Shown: piece by piece, positions 60,696-64,000 of the stretch
Layout: each line of letters starts with the position of its first letter
How positions within the stretch are numbered: the stretch's first letter is position 1
Assembly: GCA_963664705.1 (NCBI GenBank)
Contig: OY761556.1
Coordinates: forward strand, 4,832,001 to 4,896,000
DNA: 64,000 nt
Reading direction: 5' to 3'
Source of the DNA: Acidobacteriota bacterium
GTDB lineage: Bacteria; Acidobacteriota; UBA6911
The notes under the pieces: model-generated
Databases searched by the model: none
The model's input: only the letters and a program-made list of their open reading frames with translations
What the model was told of the DNA's origin: nothing
Translations under genes and position numbers: made by a program

Positions 60696-61766
60696 ATGTC
60701 TACAGCCATTGTTACGGGATCCGCGGGATTAGTTGGAAGTGAGGCGGTCCGGTTTCTTCACGACCAGGGAATGGATGTGATCGGGATCGACAATAATCTG
60801 CGCGAATACTTTTTTGGACCTGACGGGTCCACGCGTTGGCAGCAGGAGCAGTTGACCGGATGCCTGAACCGCTATCGGCACTTCGATCTGGATATCCGCG
60901 ATCAGGAATCGATGTTCCGGCTGATCCGGGAGCACCAGCCTTCACTGCTGATCCATTGTGCCGCACAGCCCAGTCACGATTGGTCCGCCAGGGAACCGAT
61001 CACGGACTTTTCGGTCAATGCCTGTGGAACCGTGGTGCTGCTGGAAGCCCTGCGGCGCTTCGCACCGGAAGCCGTGTTTATCTTCGTATCAACAAACAAA
61101 GTGTACGGGGATACGCCCAATCATCTGCCGCTGGTCGAGCAGAATACGAGATGGGAGCTGGATTCAAGCCATCCCTATGCCGCCCGCGGTATCGATGAAT
61201 CCATGGGAATCGATCAGACAAAGCATAGCCTGATGGGGGCAAGCAAAGTAGGCGCGGATGTGATGACGCAGGAATATGGCCGATATTTCGGGTTGAAGAC
61301 AGGAGTTTTTCGGGGAGGTTGCCTGACCGGTCCCGCTCATTCCGGAGTCGAGCTCCATGGGTTCCTGGCCTACCTGGTAAAATGCGCGGTACTTGAGCGG
61401 CCGTATGTTGTCTATGGATACAAAGGCAAGCAGGTGCGCGATAACATTCATTCGGCCGATCTGGTCTCAGCCTTCTGGCAATTCTACTGCCGGCCCCGCC
61501 CCGGAGAGGTTTACAATATCGGCGGATCAAGACACAGTAACTGCTCTATTATTGAAGCTATCAACAGAATCGAAGCCTTGTCCGGGTGCCGCGTCGAATA
61601 TTCCGTGGTGGATCAGGCGCGTTCGGGCGATCATATCTGGTGGATATCGGATGTAAGCAAGTTTATGCGCGACTATCCCTCCTGGAAATATGCCTACAAC
61701 CTGGATGACATCCTGCAGGAAATCATTGCGGCGGTGAAGGCACGAACCGGGAGTCGAAGCCTGTGA
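60696..61766 (+). CDS. NAD-dependent epimerase/dehydratase (RfbE-like subfamily)
   Basis: [33 protein letters not shown]. Confidence 0.85.
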   Translation: MSTAIVTGSAGLVGSEAVRFLHDQGMDVIGIDNNLREYFFGPDGSTRWQQEQLTGCLNRYRHFDLDIRDQESMFRLIREHQPSLLIHCAAQPSHDWSAREPITDFSVNACGTVVLLEALRRFAPEAVFIFVSTNKVYGDTPNHLPLVEQNTRWELDSSHPYAARGIDESMGIDQTKHSLMGASKVGADVMTQEYGRYFGLKTGVFRGGCLTGPAHSGVELHGFLAYLVKCAVLERPYVVYGYKGKQVRDNIHSADLVSAFWQFYCRPRPGEVYNIGGSRHSNCSIIEAINRIEALSGCRVEYSVVDQARSGDHIWWISDVSKFMRDYPSWKYAYNLDDILQEIIAAVKARTGSRSL

Positions 61767-62500
61767 AACTCTCGGTATTGATACCCGCGCATAATGAATC
61801 CTCATGCATCGCCTCGACAGTCCAGTCGCTCTTTGCCGAGCTGGACCGCCAGGCGATTGATCACGAAATACTTGTCATCAACGATCACTCGACCGATCAG
61901 ACCGAGGCGGTGCTTCAGAGTCTGATCCCTTCAATCCCCACCCTGCGCTACCTGAACAACTCGCGGGGAAAGGGGCTTGGGCTGGCCGTTCGCCTTGGAC
62001 TGGAGACTTTTGCGGGAGACGCGGTCGCACTATTCATGGCCGATGGGTCAGACGATCCCGTCGATCTGGTCCGCTTCTTCAGGAAAATGCAATCCGATGA
62101 CACGGACTGCGTATTCGGAACCAGGTTTTCCAGGGAGTCCAGAGTCGTCGGATACCCGCTGGTGAAACTTGTTTTGAATCGGTGCGGAAACAACCTCATA
62201 CGACTTTTGTTCGGCCTGCGTTACAACGACATCACAAACGCATTCAAGCTGTATCGGAACTATGTGATCCAGGGCTTGCAGCCGATCATTAGCCATCACT
62301 ACAACCTGACGGTTGAATTACCCCTGAAGGCTATTGTTCGCGGATACAGCTACTCGGTCGTCCCCAACTGCTGGACAGAACGGCGGCACGGGCTTTCCAA
62401 GCTGAGAATAAAGGAAATGGGATCGCGGTATATGTTCATCATACTCTACTGCTTTATCGAAAAATGGCTTTCAAAGGGGGATTATTACCGCAAGAACTGA
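61763..62500 (+). CDS. GT2 glycosyltransferase (polyprenol-phosphate glycosyltransferase/DPM1-like)
   Basis: [31 protein letters not shown]; GTG start overlaps the previous stop. Confidence 0.88.
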   Translation: MKLSVLIPAHNESSCIASTVQSLFAELDRQAIDHEILVINDHSTDQTEAVLQSLIPSIPTLRYLNNSRGKGLGLAVRLGLETFAGDAVALFMADGSDDPVDLVRFFRKMQSDDTDCVFGTRFSRESRVVGYPLVKLVLNRCGNNLIRLLFGLRYNDITNAFKLYRNYVIQGLQPIISHHYNLTVELPLKAIVRGYSYSVVPNCWTERRHGLSKLRIKEMGSRYMFIILYCFIEKWLSKGDYYRKN

Positions 62501-62936
62501 TGGTGTTGCAGCCGCTTTGGTGCAATTCGTGAAAATTCGGGAAATTCGTGGCAAAAAGAAGCTGCACATCCGCCACGAATGCCCACGAATTACACTAAAC
62601 CCCACATCCTGCCGGGATTATTACCGCTAGAATTGATGATGTTGCAGCTGCTTTGGTGCAATTCGTGAAAATTCGGGAAATTCGTGGCAAAAAGAAGCTG
62701 CATATCTGCCACGAATGTCCACGAATTACACTAAACCCCACATCCTGCCAGGATTATTACCGCAAGAACTGATGGTGTTGCAGCTGCTTTGGTGCAATTC
62801 GTGAAAATTCGGGAAATTCGTGGCAAAAAGAAGCTGCATATCTGCCACGAATGTCCACGAAATAAACTAAACTCCGCATCCTGCCAGGAAAAATGGCTTT
62901 CAAAAGGGGAGATTATTACCGCGGGAACTGATGGTG
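62461..62936. repeat. Tandem array of three 136-bp units plus a partial fourth, including the GT2 3' end
   Basis: attattaccg at 62481, 62617, 62753 and 62912; each unit holds an attcgtggc...gccacgaat palindrome. Confidence 0.9.
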
Positions 62937-62940
62937 GAGA

Positions 62941-62991
62941 GGGCCACAAATTTCACAGAGGTTACAGCCTGTTCTGTAAAATTTGTGGCCC
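62941..62991. terminator. Hairpin between convergent genes
   Basis: gggccacaaattt...aaatttgtggccc. Confidence 0.6.
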
Positions 62992-62999
62992 GTTTTGTT

Positions 63000-64000
63000 C
63001 TAGAAAGTTAACCGCAATTTTGCGGAGAAGACTCGGTGTCCGCCTTTATACCCGATAAAGCCGAATGGATCGGTACTATTCAGGTTGAAATTTGGATTCG
63101 AGAGTTCATAGTCACGCGCATTGTAGGTAGCAGGAACTCCACCTGATGGCGTGGGGTGGTTGAATATGTTGGTAACATCGACACGGAAATTGAGGCTCTT
63201 GCCTTCCATGAATTCGATGTTTTTGCTCATTGCCATATCCAGGCTCCAGCGCCCGGGACCGGTAAGCTGATTCGGCAGGTAATTGCCTCTCACACCCGGC
63301 TTGGGATGCTGGAAGATAATCGCGCTTGTGTCGCTGGCGAGAGCGAGCGCCCTGAGACCAGCCGCGCAGGTAGCCTGAAGGCTCGTGGCAACTCTGGCAC
63401 ACTGCGGATCATCAACGGACGTGTACTTGCTGCCATAAAAACGGCCGCGATTGTTTGGATCCCACGTGAATTCCCCAGCTTTTGGATCCCACAGATCTGC
63501 TCTGACGAGATCCGGCATGGTGCGAGCATACATCGATTCCACGGTGGTGACTGAAGAAGGCAATCCACTGGTAATGCTGTTCACCCAGCTGAGTTGCCAT
63601 CCTTCGGCAATCTTCTTGGCTATACCGGAACTGTTGCGGAACAGGTATCCGGCTTTCCCCAAAGGCAGATTGTAAGTGCCGTAGGTCTGGAGCATGTGCG
63701 AACGGTGATTGGAAAGGATTCCATAATCCGCCGCCCGGTCCAGAGGATCAGTGGCAGCGCCGCTAACCCCAAGGTTTCTGCTCCAGGTGTATGTCGCCTG
63801 GAAGTTCAATCCATGCTTCGGCCGCATCATGACCTGCGCCTGCAGGGAGTGGTAGTTGGAATAGTTGATATTTCCCCACACATTCGCCGCGGCAAACTGC
63901 GGGTTCGTGTAGATGAAATTCTCGGCGAAGCCACTGCTGCGGAGAAGTTGTCCATATACTCCCCGTCCAGCGGCAACAGTCCCATTGGTGGTAGCCAGGA
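63000..64000 (-). CDS. TonB-dependent receptor (Oar-type beta-barrel), C-terminal part
   Basis: SNYHSLQ, ATYTWS, YNLPLG, GWQLS, GPGRWSLDMAMSK, FRVDVTNIFNHP, terminal Phe (LRLTF); reading frame open to the window edge. Confidence 0.85.
   Translation of the reverse strand, partial: LATTNGTVAAGRGVYGQLLRSSGFAENFIYTNPQFAAANVWGNINYSNYHSLQAQVMMRPKHGLNFQATYTWSRNLGVSGAATDPLDRAADYGILSNHRSHMLQTYGTYNLPLGKAGYLFRNSSGIAKKIAEGWQLSWVNSITSGLPSSVTTVESMYARTMPDLVRADLWDPKAGEFTWDPNNRGRFYGSKYTSVDDPQCARVATSLQATCAAGLRALALASDTSAIIFQHPKPGVRGNYLPNQLTGPGRWSLDMAMSKNIEFMEGKSLNFRVDVTNIFNHPTPSGGVPATYNARDYELSNPNFNLNSTDPFGFIGYKGGHRVFSAKLRLTF

Noticed and set aside
62461-62936. Possible CRISPR array
   Set aside because: The whole 136-bp unit repeats, there are no unique spacers, and no cas genes are present

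Overview
Bacterial chromosomal window, probably from an anaerobic or facultative Acidobacteriota-like organism (inferred from the Oar-type TonB-dependent receptor C-terminus, multiple tannase-family hydrolases, multiheme cytochromes and many PAS kinases). It holds about 39 CDS and no rRNA, tRNA, CRISPR array or transposase that I can see. In order: (1) a sulfatase divergent from an octaheme-HEAT-TPR protein; (2) signalling genes (REC, hybrid kinases, CheB-CheR, degenerate HD-GYP, an RpoD paralog) mixed with a subtilase, MATE pump and nonaheme cytochrome; (3) an orphan ParA with a nuclease-fold partner; (4) a loose aromatic-ester/enoate metabolism region (2-hydroxyacyl-CoA dehydratase, three tannase/feruloyl-esterase paralogs, other hydrolases, an enoate reductase); (5) an 8-gene operon with two B12-radical SAM enzymes, a TMTC-like GT-C/TPR protein, a methyltransferase, a GT39-like GT-C, two epimerase-like SDRs and a GT2. 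The best novelty candidates are that putative lipid-linked, methylated-sugar glycosylation system, a tannase paralog whose catalytic triad is rewired, a Zn-ribbon-plus-unknown domain present twice, and a family of non-autonomous palindromic elements. All function calls come from motifs read by eye, not from database searches.
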